NCBI GenBank assembly: GCA_944392795.1
Contig: CALXXX010000024.1
Location: forward strand, 215-64,214
Direction: 5' to 3'
Length of the DNA stretch: 64,000 nt
Source: an uncultured Alphaproteobacteria bacterium
GTDB lineage: Bacteria; Pseudomonadota; Alphaproteobacteria; CAAHEQ01; UBA3637
How positions within the stretch are numbered: position 1 is the first letter of the stretch; each line of letters begins with the position of its first letter. The translations under genes and the position numbers were made by a program. Of the stretch, positions 35,142 through 45,367 are shown in pieces. The notes under the pieces were generated by a model. The model was not told the DNA's origin, did no database searches, and saw nothing but the letters and a program-made list of their open reading frames with translations.

Positions 35142-37949
35142 ATGAAACTTGCTGAATTACTCAAAATTGCCAGAGTGGCAACTCCTTTTGAAACAGACAT
35201 CGATATTCGTGGTATTACCTCGGACTCGCGCGAGGTTGAAAAAGACTATTTATTCGTTGCTTTACCTGGCACGAATCACAATGGACTAAAATATGTTCCA
35301 GATGCAATTTCTAAAGGAGCAGCAGCTATTCTGACACAAGAAGCTTTCGAAGCTTCTATTCCTGTTTTTCAAACGAATCATATTCGTGAAGCCTTAGCAG
35401 CGATGTGTGTTCTTTTTTATGAACCTCATCCTGGAACACTTGTTGCCGTTACAGGGACAAATGGTAAGACTTCTACAGTTTTTTTTACAAGACAAATTTT
35501 TGAACATGCTGGCTTTCTTGCTGCAAGCATGGGAACACTAGGCGTGCAATCTAAAAATTTTCATTCCTATAGTGGAATGACAACGACAGATACGGTTCAT
35601 CTGAACCAAGATTTGCAAGCTTTAGCTGAAAACGGCATTACACACGTAGCTATGGAAGCTTCCAGTCATGGATTGGAGCAACATCGTTTGGATGGATTAA
35701 TGTTTAAAGCCTCAGCTTTTACAAATTTAACACGAGATCATTTAGATTATCATCTAACGATGGAGGCTTATCTTGAAGCAAAATTAAAACTGTTTACGCA
35801 GCTGACAAGTGAAATAGCAGTTTTAAATGCAGATGTTCCTGAGTATGAATCCATAAAAAGTGTCTGTCTTAACAGAGGTTTACGCATTTTTAGTTATGGG
35901 AAAGATGGAGAAGAAATCCGCTTGCTGTGTCAAACCTTACACGAAACCGGACAAGAATTAACGATTGAATTATTTGGACATGTTTACACGGTTGATGTTC
36001 CTGTTGCCGGACATTTTCAAGGAATGAACGTTCTGGCTGCATTAGGTCTAGCGATTGGTGCCGGAGTCGATATTGAAAAAGCAGTTGAAGCTTTAAAAAC
36101 ACTCAAAAGTCCTGATGGTCGAATGGAATTGGTTGGCCGAACCCAAAAAGGCGCATCTATTTTTGTCGATTATGCTCATACGCCAGATGGTCTAGAAACA
36201 GCTTTAAAATCTCTTCGTTTACACACAAAGGGGCATTTGAGCGTTGTTTTTGGCTGTGGCGGTAATCGAGACACGGGGAAACGTCCCATGATGGGAAAAA
36301 TTGCAACAGATTTAGCCGATACGGTTATTGTGACAGATGATAACCCCCGTTTCGAAGATGCAAAGCTCATTCGTTCTCAAATTTTAGAAGCAGCTCCTCA
36401 TGCCATTGAAATTGCTGACAGAGCCAAAGCTATTTTTTATGCTATTTCACACTTAGAGGCTGGGGATGTTTTATTACTGGCTGGCAAGGGACACGAAGAA
36501 GGACAGCTTATTAATGGTTTTATGCATCCGTTCAATGACAAAATTCAAGCGATTCTCAGTTTAAGAACTTTAGAAGAAAAACCTCTTTGGACAAGTGATG
36601 AATTAATAGAAGCAACTTCAGGAAAGGCTTATAAAACTTTTGTAGGCTACGGTGTTTCAATTGATACGCGGACACTTGTCCCCGGAGACATTTTTATCGC
36701 GCTTAAAGGAGAAAGACTTGATGGTCACGATTACGTCGCAGAAGCCTTAAAAAAAGGAGCAGCAGCTGCCATCGTCAGCCATGACATCCCGGATGTTTCA
36801 GACTCAGCAAAGCTCTTCTTTGTTGTCAACACAGATGAAGCTCTAGAAGATATGGCTCGTTATGCGATGCGCCATTCTCGGGCCTTAAAAATCGGGATTA
36901 CGGGCAGTTCAGGGAAAACAACAACAAAAGAAATGCTTGCTTTGGCATTAACCGGGCAAGGAACAATTCATGCGACTAAAGGCAACTTAAATAATCAATG
37001 GGGAGTTCCTCTAACGCTTGCACGTTTGCCACGTTTGACTGATTATGCCATTATTGAAATGGGAATGAATCATACGGGAGAAATGGAATATCTTTCTCAC
37101 TTAGTCGAGCCTGATGTTGCGATGATTACGATGATCGGCTCGGCACATCATGAGTTTTTTAAAACACTCCAGGATATTGCAGCAGCTAAAGCCGAAATTT
37201 TTATTCACATGAATAAACTCGGTACGGCTGTTTTACCAAGAGATTCAGACTATTACGAATTTTTAAAGAATAAAGCGATAGAACATACTGTTGCACATCA
37301 AATTTCTTTTGGACAAAATCTAGATGCTGACTCTCGTCTTTTAAAGGCGGAGCAAACATCAGAAGGAACATTTGTTTCTGCGAGCCTTATGGGAGAATTG
37401 GTCACCTTTTCATTACAAACGACCGGCATGCACTTTGTTATAAATGCTCTCGGTGTTTTAGCTATAGTAAAAGCCTTGGGAGCAGATGTAAAAAAAGCAG
37501 CTCAGAACCTATCTAAGATGAAGCCGCTCAAAGGACGAGGAGAACAAGTCCAAGTATGCCTTGATGGTAAGCTCATTACTTTAATTGATGACAGTTACAA
37601 CGCGAATCCTTCATCTATGAAGGCAGCTCTTTCCGTGTTGGGACAAAAGCAAGGGCGTAAACTGGCTGTTTTAGGAGATATGCTTGAATTAGGCGAACAA
37701 TCTAAAACGTTGCATACTGCTTTAGCTCAAGATTTAGTCAACCAAAAAGTAGATCGCCTTTATACAGTCGGACGAGAAATGCGGGCTTTGTTTGAAGCCG
37801 TTCCAGCAGAAATGCGTGGTTGGGCTGCACAAACTGCATTAGAGCTGCTTCCAATTCTGAAACAAGACTTAAGAAATGGCGATGTTGTTTTGTTTAAAGG
37901 CTCGAACGGGACAAAAATAACTCGTTTGGTTGAGGCTCTTCAAAATTAG
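35142..37949 (+). CDS. murE/murF: Fused MurE-MurF peptidoglycan ligase (935 aa)
   Basis: First half GTNGKTS, MEASSHG, DNPR (mDAP specificity); second half GSSGKTTTKE, IDDSYNANPSS; no stop between them. Confidence 0.95.
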   Translation: MKLAELLKIARVATPFETDIDIRGITSDSREVEKDYLFVALPGTNHNGLKYVPDAISKGAAAILTQEAFEASIPVFQTNHIREALAAMCVLFYEPHPGTLVAVTGTNGKTSTVFFTRQIFEHAGFLAASMGTLGVQSKNFHSYSGMTTTDTVHLNQDLQALAENGITHVAMEASSHGLEQHRLDGLMFKASAFTNLTRDHLDYHLTMEAYLEAKLKLFTQLTSEIAVLNADVPEYESIKSVCLNRGLRIFSYGKDGEEIRLLCQTLHETGQELTIELFGHVYTVDVPVAGHFQGMNVLAALGLAIGAGVDIEKAVEALKTLKSPDGRMELVGRTQKGASIFVDYAHTPDGLETALKSLRLHTKGHLSVVFGCGGNRDTGKRPMMGKIATDLADTVIVTDDNPRFEDAKLIRSQILEAAPHAIEIADRAKAIFYAISHLEAGDVLLLAGKGHEEGQLINGFMHPFNDKIQAILSLRTLEEKPLWTSDELIEATSGKAYKTFVGYGVSIDTRTLVPGDIFIALKGERLDGHDYVAEALKKGAAAAIVSHDIPDVSDSAKLFFVVNTDEALEDMARYAMRHSRALKIGITGSSGKTTTKEMLALALTGQGTIHATKGNLNNQWGVPLTLARLPRLTDYAIIEMGMNHTGEMEYLSHLVEPDVAMITMIGSAHHEFFKTLQDIAAAKAEIFIHMNKLGTAVLPRDSDYYEFLKNKAIEHTVAHQISFGQNLDADSRLLKAEQTSEGTFVSASLMGELVTFSLQTTGMHFVINALGVLAIVKALGADVKKAAQNLSKMKPLKGRGEQVQVCLDGKLITLIDDSYNANPSSMKAALSVLGQKQGRKLAVLGDMLELGEQSKTLHTALAQDLVNQKVDRLYTVGREMRALFEAVPAEMRGWAAQTALELLPILKQDLRNGDVVLFKGSNGTKITRLVEALQN

Positions 37950-37963
37950 GAAAGGGATAAAAT

Positions 37964-39043
37964 ATGCTGTATTGGCTTTTACTTCCGTTATCTCAAAATT
38001 ATACCATTTTTAATTTACTGAAATATCAAACTTTCCGTTCAGGAGCTGCTCTTTTAACGGCCTTAATCATTTGTCTTATAATAGGTCCGCACTTAATCAA
38101 ATTTTTAAAATCAAAAAGCAAACAACCGATTCGCAAAGATGGTCCTCAAACGCACTTGAAAAAAGAAGGAACTCCGACCATGGGCGGTCTGATGATTTTA
38201 ATCAGTTTATTTATTTCAGTTCTTTTATGGGCAGATTTAAGAAGCCCTTATATTTGGATGCTTTTGATTGTCACAGCCATCTATGGATTATTAGGTTTCA
38301 GAGATGATTATCTAAAAGTCATTCAACATAATCCAGATGGTGTATCCGGCCGTAAAAAGCTTTTTTGGCAATTTATAACGGCGGCTGGATTGGTTTTTTG
38401 GATTATGAGCTTAGCTCCAGCCGAAATGGCTACCGAACTTGCTTTTCCGTTTTTTAAAAATCTTTTTTTAAATTTGGGAGTTTTTTATCTATTTTTTGGA
38501 GCAATTGTCATTGTCGGTTCTTCTAATTCAGTCAATTTAACAGACGGTTTAGATGGCCTCGTTTCCGTTCCGCTCATTATGGCGAATTTAGCTTTTGTTA
38601 TTATTGTTTATGTTTGTGGCAATGCTATTTTTGCTAATTATCTTCAAATTCCTTATGTTCCCGGTATCGGAGAAATGACGATTTTTGGCTGTGCTGTCAT
38701 AGGAGCTGTTCTTGGCTTTTTATGGTTTAATGCGCCACCGGCTGAAATTTTTATGGGGGATACCGGTTCTCTAGCTTTGGGAGGCGCATTAGGTACAATG
38801 GCTGTGGCAGCCAAACATGAACTGGTTCTGGCCATCGTAGGAGGCTTATTTGTCATTGAAGCACTTTCTGACATCATTCAAGTTGGAAGTTATAAAATGC
38901 GTAAAAAGCGCGTCTTTTTAATGGCTCCCATTCATCATCATTTTGAAAAAAAAGGATGGCCGGAAACAAAAGTTGTTATTCGTTTTTGGATTATTTCAAT
39001 TGTACTGGCGCTTATAGGTCTTTCTACTTTAAAAATTAGGTAA
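37964..39043 (+). CDS. mraY: Phospho-MurNAc-pentapeptide transferase
   Basis: KEGTPTMGG, NSVNLTDGLDG, IFMGDTGS, MAPIHHHFE. Confidence 0.98.
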   Translation: MLYWLLLPLSQNYTIFNLLKYQTFRSGAALLTALIICLIIGPHLIKFLKSKSKQPIRKDGPQTHLKKEGTPTMGGLMILISLFISVLLWADLRSPYIWMLLIVTAIYGLLGFRDDYLKVIQHNPDGVSGRKKLFWQFITAAGLVFWIMSLAPAEMATELAFPFFKNLFLNLGVFYLFFGAIVIVGSSNSVNLTDGLDGLVSVPLIMANLAFVIIVYVCGNAIFANYLQIPYVPGIGEMTIFGCAVIGAVLGFLWFNAPPAEIFMGDTGSLALGGALGTMAVAAKHELVLAIVGGLFVIEALSDIIQVGSYKMRKKRVFLMAPIHHHFEKKGWPETKVVIRFWIISIVLALIGLSTLKIR

Positions 39044-39045
39044 AA

Positions 39046-40182
39046 ATGAAAATAAAAAAACAACTTCAAGAAATACGATTTTTTTTAGCAGAATGGTATC
39101 GAACTTTAGATACGTGGCTATTATGGTCTATTGCCGGTTTAATTGTTTGCGGAATTTTTTTGACTTTTTCAGCCAGCCCTGTTGTGGCAGAGCGCGTTTT
39201 AAAAACGCAAGACACTTTTTATTTTGTTAAAAAACAACTGTTTTTTTTAATTCCCTCTATCGGGTTGATGTTAGGCGTTTCAATGTTATCGCCCAAACAA
39301 ATTCGGCGACTGGCATTTATTGTTTTTACAGCTTCCTTAATTGCCCTAGTCTTAACCTTAGTGGCCGGTATGGAAGTTAAAGGTGCAAAGCGATGGCTTT
39401 ATTTCCCGGGCTTTTCTATTCAACCATCCGAGTTTATGAAACCGGCTTTTGCGGTTATTTGTGCTTGGATATTTGCTTCTGGTCGTTTGATTGATAAATT
39501 CCCTGGTATTCGAATTGCGGGGTGTATTTATCTAACGACAATTATGTTGCTTCTTTTACAACCGGATATTGGTCAAACACTCACCATCAGCACGATTTGG
39601 GGCTGTCAGTTATTTTTGGCAGGTATTTCTGTTTTATGGGTTATTGCGTTATTGGGAATCGGTATCTTTGGCGTTATTGGGACATATTTCATTTTTCCAC
39701 ATGTCCAAAGCCGTATAGATCGTTTTCTTAATCCAGAAACCGGAGATGTTTTCCAAGTTCGCACCTCATTAGAAGCTTTTCATAATGGCGGCTGGTTTGG
39801 ACGAGGGCCTGGAGAAGGAATCATTAAAGGAAAATTGCCAGATGCACATACAGATTTTATTTTAGCGGTTGCAGCAGAAGAGTTCGGATTTTTCCTTTGT
39901 GCTTTTTTGATTTTTTTATTTGCCTTTATTATCTTCCGAGGCTTTTTAATCATGAGCAAAGAGAAAAATCTTTTTAATATGCTGGCTGTTGCTGGACTTT
40001 TAACACAATTTGGTGTACAAGCTTTCATTAACATGGCATCGACCCTGAACCTCATTCCGACAAAAGGAATGACATTACCGTTTATTTCATACGGTGGTTC
40101 ATCGCTTTTATCTTTGGCGTTCGGGTTCGGAATTATCTTGTCTTTGACAAGACGCCATCCGACACAAGGAGGATTGGAATGA
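39046..40182 (+). CDS. ftsW: Peptidoglycan glycosyltransferase FtsW
   Basis: GAKRWL, QPSEFMK, LQPDIG, PDAHTDFI, PFISYGGSS. Confidence 0.96.
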   Translation: MKIKKQLQEIRFFLAEWYRTLDTWLLWSIAGLIVCGIFLTFSASPVVAERVLKTQDTFYFVKKQLFFLIPSIGLMLGVSMLSPKQIRRLAFIVFTASLIALVLTLVAGMEVKGAKRWLYFPGFSIQPSEFMKPAFAVICAWIFASGRLIDKFPGIRIAGCIYLTTIMLLLLQPDIGQTLTISTIWGCQLFLAGISVLWVIALLGIGIFGVIGTYFIFPHVQSRIDRFLNPETGDVFQVRTSLEAFHNGGWFGRGPGEGIIKGKLPDAHTDFILAVAAEEFGFFLCAFLIFLFAFIIFRGFLIMSKEKNLFNMLAVAGLLTQFGVQAFINMASTLNLIPTKGMTLPFISYGGSSLLSLAFGFGIILSLTRRHPTQGGLE

Positions 40183-41276
40183 AAAAGAAATTGATTGTAT
40201 TGACAACAGGCGGTTCCGGAGGACATGTTTTTCCCGCAGAAGCTTTAGCGACTGAAATGAAAGGGAAAGAATATGATCTTGCTTTTATCACAGACAAGCG
40301 GATTCAAAACAAAATTCAAGGAACATTAGCAACTTTACCTATTTATTACGTCTGTGCAGAAGCAGTAACGGGAAAAGGTCTTCTGGGAAAATTAGCCAGT
40401 GCTTTTAAACTTTTAACAGGAACCGTTCAATCAATTATTCTCTTAACAAAATTAAAACCCTCTCTTGTCGTTGGTTTCGGAGGATATGCTTCTATACCTG
40501 CAACATTAGCGGCACAATTGCTTCATATTCCGGTTGTCTTACATGAGCAAAATGCTATCTTAGGTCGAGCTAATCGTCTTCTAGCGCGACGGACTCGTTT
40601 AATTGCTACTTCTTTCACTCCGACGCAACTGATACCAGAAGGTATTAGCACTCGACAAACAGGTATGCCGGTTCGCCCTCAAATTATGGAAAAGAAAGGA
40701 ACACCCTATCCGACGGATAAAGATGAATTCCGTTTATTGATTATCGGAGGGAGTCAAGGTGCTCGAGCTTTTTCAGATATTATCCCAAAAGCCTTAATTA
40801 ATTTAGCGCCAGATTTAAAAGCAAAGCTCGTTTTAACGCAACAAGTTCGCCCGGAAGATGAAAAGCGCGTCAAAGAAGAATATCGTAATTCTGGCATTAA
40901 AAGTATTACGTTATCTTCGTTTTTTAATAATATTCCCGAGCTTTTATCTAAAGCTCATCTTGTTATTTCGCGTTCAGGTTCTTCGAGCCTTGCTGAATTA
41001 TCTGCCTTAGGAAGACCGGCGCTACTTATTCCGCTTCCCACTTCAGCTGATGACCATCAAACAGCAAATGCTCGCGTATGGACGGCGGATGGAAGCGGTT
41101 GGTTGATGATAGAAAAAGATACAACGCCTGATAAATTATCCAGCCGATTAACGGAACTGATGGAAAATCCGTTCATCTTACAAAGAGCAGCAGCTTGTGC
41201 ACTAGGTAAAAATCAGACACGCGGCGCAGAAGATTTGGCAGAGACACTTTCGACTATTTTAAAGGAAAAAGAATGA
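40179..41276 (+). CDS. murG: Lipid II GlcNAc transferase
   Basis: TGGSGGHVFP, HEQNAILGRAN, GGSQGA, HQTANA. Confidence 0.97.
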   Translation: MKKKLIVLTTGGSGGHVFPAEALATEMKGKEYDLAFITDKRIQNKIQGTLATLPIYYVCAEAVTGKGLLGKLASAFKLLTGTVQSIILLTKLKPSLVVGFGGYASIPATLAAQLLHIPVVLHEQNAILGRANRLLARRTRLIATSFTPTQLIPEGISTRQTGMPVRPQIMEKKGTPYPTDKDEFRLLIIGGSQGARAFSDIIPKALINLAPDLKAKLVLTQQVRPEDEKRVKEEYRNSGIKSITLSSFFNNIPELLSKAHLVISRSGSSSLAELSALGRPALLIPLPTSADDHQTANARVWTADGSGWLMIEKDTTPDKLSSRLTELMENPFILQRAAACALGKNQTRGAEDLAETLSTILKEKE

Positions 41277-42667
41277 GCTATCTTTCGAATAAAACGATTC
41301 ATTTTATCGGCATTGGCGGAATCGGAATGAGTGCTATTGCCGAATCATTATTACAAATGGGAATTCATGTTCAAGGCTCAAATAATGTCGAAAATGAACA
41401 TGTCATTCGTCTGCGTGAAAAAGGTATTCAGGTTTTTATTGGACAACGTGATGGAAGTTGTCTCAAAAATGTTGACATGGTTGTTACTTCCTCTGCTGTT
41501 CCACAGAATAATCCGGAATTATTAGCAGCAAAAGAAAAAGGCTTACCTATTGGTCATCGCTCGGAGATGCTGGCTGAACTGTTGCGTTTAAAACAAGGTA
41601 TTACAGTTGCAGGTACACATGGGAAAACAACGACAACAGCTATGATTGCTGATGTATTAGAAAAAGGTGGACTAGAGCCTTCCTATATTGTTGGTGGGAT
41701 TATGAATGTTTGCGGCAGCAATGCAAAAATCGGACGAAGTGATTGGATGGTTGTTGAAGCGGATGAATCGGATGGCAGCTTTTTACGTCTTCCAAAAATG
41801 ATCTCTGTTGTTACAAATATTGACCCAGAGCATCTTGATTATTATGGTTCTTTTGAACAAATGAAAAAAGCTTTCATTCATTATCTGCAAACCACATCTT
41901 TTTATGGATTTTGTGTTGCTTGCTTAGATCATCCCGTTGTCAAAGAAGTCATTGAGCACGTTCCAAACAGACGTATTATTACTTATGGATTGGATAAAGC
42001 AGCTGAAATTCATGCCGAAAATATCCATATTGAACCAGGGAAATTGAATTTTGATATTGTAATTAAAAATGAAATTTTCCCAAACTGGACATTACCCATG
42101 TTTGGAATACACAATATTTTAAATGCAATGGTTCCGATTGCCATAGCAAAAGAACTAGGCATGCCTTTGGAAAAAATAAAAAAAGCTTTATCTTATTTTG
42201 ATGGCGTTCAACGTCGTTTTACCAAACGCGGGACCTTTAATGGCATCACAATTTACGATGACTACGCTCATCATCCTGTAGAAATTGCCGCCGTTTTAAA
42301 AGCCGCAAGAGAAGCCGTTGGGACACATCAAGTTGTTGCTATTTTCCAGCCCCATCGTTATTCTCGAGCAAAAGATTTAGCAGATGCATTTGCACATTGT
42401 TTTGAAAAAGCAGATCGTGTTTATGTCGCAGATATTTATTCTGCCGGAGAAAAGCCTTTGCCGGATATCAACAGAGATATTCTAGTCGCAAAAATTAAAG
42501 CTTCCGGTCATAAAGGAGCATTTGCTTTAACGAGTAAAAATGAATTAAAAGAGATTGTCTTAAAGCACATGAGCGCCGGTGATTTAATAATTGGTCTTGG
42601 CGCTGGTGATATCTCAAAATGGATGAAAGAACTACCGGAAATTTTAAATGAAAGAGAGGCTGTATGA
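41273..42667 (+). CDS. murC: UDP-MurNAc--L-alanine ligase
   Basis: GIGGIGMS, GTHGKTTTT, EADESDGSF, DDYAHHP. Confidence 0.97.
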   Translation: MSYLSNKTIHFIGIGGIGMSAIAESLLQMGIHVQGSNNVENEHVIRLREKGIQVFIGQRDGSCLKNVDMVVTSSAVPQNNPELLAAKEKGLPIGHRSEMLAELLRLKQGITVAGTHGKTTTTAMIADVLEKGGLEPSYIVGGIMNVCGSNAKIGRSDWMVVEADESDGSFLRLPKMISVVTNIDPEHLDYYGSFEQMKKAFIHYLQTTSFYGFCVACLDHPVVKEVIEHVPNRRIITYGLDKAAEIHAENIHIEPGKLNFDIVIKNEIFPNWTLPMFGIHNILNAMVPIAIAKELGMPLEKIKKALSYFDGVQRRFTKRGTFNGITIYDDYAHHPVEIAAVLKAAREAVGTHQVVAIFQPHRYSRAKDLADAFAHCFEKADRVYVADIYSAGEKPLPDINRDILVAKIKASGHKGAFALTSKNELKEIVLKHMSAGDLIIGLGAGDISKWMKELPEILNEREAV

Positions 42668-43602
42668 TTTTTGATAAACTAAAAAGTTTTTTTACGCATC
42701 AAAGACCTCACATTTTTTTACCGCGCACAAAAAGTGAAATTAAAAAAAATATTCCTTTAGCAAAAAAAACTTGGATGGGTGTTGGTGGTGAAGCCGAATT
42801 TTATTTCGAACCTTTTGACGAAAAAGATTTAAGTTTTTTTATCAAAAACAAGCCAGCTATACCAATGACGGTTTTAGGCGGAGGCTCAAATGTCATTATT
42901 CGTGACAAAGGAGTCCCCGGAATTGTTGTTCATTTAGGGAAAAGTTTTGCAAACATTACACGAAAAGGCAATATTATTACTTGTGGAGCTGGTCTTTTAA
43001 CCATTGACCTTGCGAAATTTGCGCAAAAAGAAGGATTATCCGGTTTTGAATTTTTATCAGGTATTCCAGGTTCTGTGGGAGGTGCTCTTCGGATGAATGC
43101 AGGAGCCTATGGTTCTGAGATAAAAGATATTTTGACGTCCATTCGTCTTGTTGATGGCAATGGTTCCGTTCAAGAATTTTCTCCACAAGCTGATTTTTTT
43201 CAATATCGTCGCAATGCTTTACCGGATGATTGGATTTTTATAGGTGCTTCTTTTAAAGGAACGCCAGCAGAACCAACAGTTATTCAGTCAAAGATGGATG
43301 AGTTTAAGAAAAAAAGAGAAATGGGACAACCGACTGGCGTTAAAACATGCGGTTCCACCTTTAAAAACCCAGAAGGATTAAAAGCGTGGCAATTAATAGA
43401 TAAAGCAGGATGTCGAGGTCTTAAAAAAGGCGATGCAATCGTATCAGAAAAACATTCTAATTTTCTGATTAACCAAGGGAAAGCAACCGCTGAAGATGTA
43501 GAAGAGCTTGGTGAAGAGGTTCGTCGCCGTGTTTTGAAAAAATGCGGGGTCCATCTGGAATGGGAAGTAAAGCGCATTGGTATTCGAGGAGATGAGGAAT
43601 GA
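42664..43602 (+). CDS. murB: UDP-N-acetylenolpyruvoylglucosamine reductase
   Basis: GGGSN, GIPGSVGGALRMNAGAYG, GSTFKNP, HSNFLIN. Confidence 0.96.
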   Translation: MIFDKLKSFFTHQRPHIFLPRTKSEIKKNIPLAKKTWMGVGGEAEFYFEPFDEKDLSFFIKNKPAIPMTVLGGGSNVIIRDKGVPGIVVHLGKSFANITRKGNIITCGAGLLTIDLAKFAQKEGLSGFEFLSGIPGSVGGALRMNAGAYGSEIKDILTSIRLVDGNGSVQEFSPQADFFQYRRNALPDDWIFIGASFKGTPAEPTVIQSKMDEFKKKREMGQPTGVKTCGSTFKNPEGLKAWQLIDKAGCRGLKKGDAIVSEKHSNFLINQGKATAEDVEELGEEVRRRVLKKCGVHLEWEVKRIGIRGDEE

Positions 43603-44522
43603 AAAAAGTAGCTGTCGTTGCTGGCGGAATGTCTTCGGAACGAGAAATATCGTTGATGACGGGACAAGGCGTTTTAGAATCTCTGTTAAGACAAGGATAC
43701 GATGCTTTTTTATTAGAGTTAACACCTCACATTTTTGACTTTGTTCGGACCTTAGAAAAAGAGAAGCCAGATGTCATTTTTAATGCGCTTCATGGTCGCT
43801 TTGGAGAAGATGGCAACATCCAAGGCTTATTCAATCTGATGCAAATTCCTTATACACATTCAGGTGTTCTCGCTTCTGCTCTTTCCATGAACAAGAAAAT
43901 GGCAAAAATACTTTTTGAAAAGGAAGGATTACCGGTAGCGGAAGATAAAATTATTACTCTTTTTGACTTAAAGCAAAAGGAACATTTACCATATCCCTAT
44001 GTTATCAAACCATTAAATGAAGGGTCTTCTGTCGGGGTTTATATTATTACAAGTCCTGAAGATGAAAAGGCTTTGATGGAACGTTGGCCTTTTGGCGGAG
44101 CCGCTGTTATGATGGAGGAGTATATTCAAGGACGAGAGATGAGTGTTCCTGTTTTAGATGGAAAAGCAATTGGTGTTGTTGAAATTGCTCCCAAAAAAGG
44201 ATTTTATACATATGAAAATAAATATCAAGAAGGAAGGACAGATCATTTTATTCCCGCACCTATTCCTCAAAAGCAAACAGATCTTTTAATGGATTATGCT
44301 GAACGCGCGCATCACGTTCTCGGTTGCAAGGGAGCATCCAGAACGGATTTCCGTTATGATGACACTCAGCCAGATAAAGAACCTCGTCTTGTTATTTTGG
44401 AATTGAATAATCAACCCGGAATGACGGCTCTTTCTTTACTGCCGGAAGTCGCAAAAAAAGCTGGCATTTCCTACGATGAAGTAGTATCATCCTTGGTGGA
44501 GGAAGCTGAATGCGAAGAATAA
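43599..44522 (+). CDS. ddl: D-alanine--D-alanine ligase
   Basis: GGMSSEREIS, LHGRFGEDG, EGSSVG, YENKY, ELNNQPGMT. Confidence 0.97.
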   Translation: MKKVAVVAGGMSSEREISLMTGQGVLESLLRQGYDAFLLELTPHIFDFVRTLEKEKPDVIFNALHGRFGEDGNIQGLFNLMQIPYTHSGVLASALSMNKKMAKILFEKEGLPVAEDKIITLFDLKQKEHLPYPYVIKPLNEGSSVGVYIITSPEDEKALMERWPFGGAAVMMEEYIQGREMSVPVLDGKAIGVVEIAPKKGFYTYENKYQEGRTDHFIPAPIPQKQTDLLMDYAERAHHVLGCKGASRTDFRYDDTQPDKEPRLVILELNNQPGMTALSLLPEVAKKAGISYDEVVSSLVEEAECEE

Positions 44523-45367
44523 AAAAACAAAAGAAAAAAACAAAACTAACTTTTCGCCAACTCTTTCGGCGAACCATTAAGATATTTTTTTTGATTGTTT
44601 TTTTATGTTTTATCTGTGTTGGTATATGGAGCTTTAAAACAGGCTATTTACAAAACAAATGGACAGAAGCTAAGCTTTTTTTCCACGAAAGTATGGGAAA
44701 AGCAGGGTTTTCTGTCAAAGATGTTTTCATTCAAGATCGGGTGAGAACGTCTTTTAGCAGTCTTCAAGAAGCTATTGCCGTTAATCAAAATATGCCTATG
44801 ACGCAGGTTGATATTTATGCCATGAAAGAACGTATTAAAGCTCTTCCTTGGGTTAAAGATGTCATTATAGAACGCAAGCTTCCCAATCAATTATTCATTC
44901 AATTAATAGAGCGTCGCCCTATTGCTTTATGGCAAAAAGATGGACGCCATCATCCTTTGGACGAGGAAGGTAATGTGATTAATGTTTCTCCAAAAGGATT
45001 AGAATATTTACTTATTACGGTTGGGGAAGATGCTCCTCGTCACACACCTGAATTGGTAAATGAGCTGATAAAATATCCTGAATTAAACCGTCGCGCCATG
45101 TCTGCAGTTCGAATCGGGGGACGCCGTTGGAATTTAATTCTAGATGAAGTCGATGATGGGCTTGAAATTTACTTGCCAGAAAATGATGTACCTGCCACAT
45201 TAGCTCGTTTAGACCGTTTAAATAAAGAACATGATCTATTAAATAGACAGCTCAAACGAATTGATTTACGATTACCTGATCGCCTTATTGTTCAAACAAT
45301 TGATAATCGTCCTATTCAACCATTACGTTCTGCCCCCAAAAATTTAACTGGAGGACATGATGTCTAA
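44510..45367 (+). CDS. ftsQ: Cell division protein FtsQ
   Basis: TM plus POTRA (LPWVKDVIIERKLP), IDLRLPDR. Confidence 0.92.
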   Translation: MRRIKKQKKKTKLTFRQLFRRTIKIFFLIVFLCFICVGIWSFKTGYLQNKWTEAKLFFHESMGKAGFSVKDVFIQDRVRTSFSSLQEAIAVNQNMPMTQVDIYAMKERIKALPWVKDVIIERKLPNQLFIQLIERRPIALWQKDGRHHPLDEEGNVINVSPKGLEYLLITVGEDAPRHTPELVNELIKYPELNRRAMSAVRIGGRRWNLILDEVDDGLEIYLPENDVPATLARLDRLNKEHDLLNRQLKRIDLRLPDRLIVQTIDNRPIQPLRSAPKNLTGGHDV

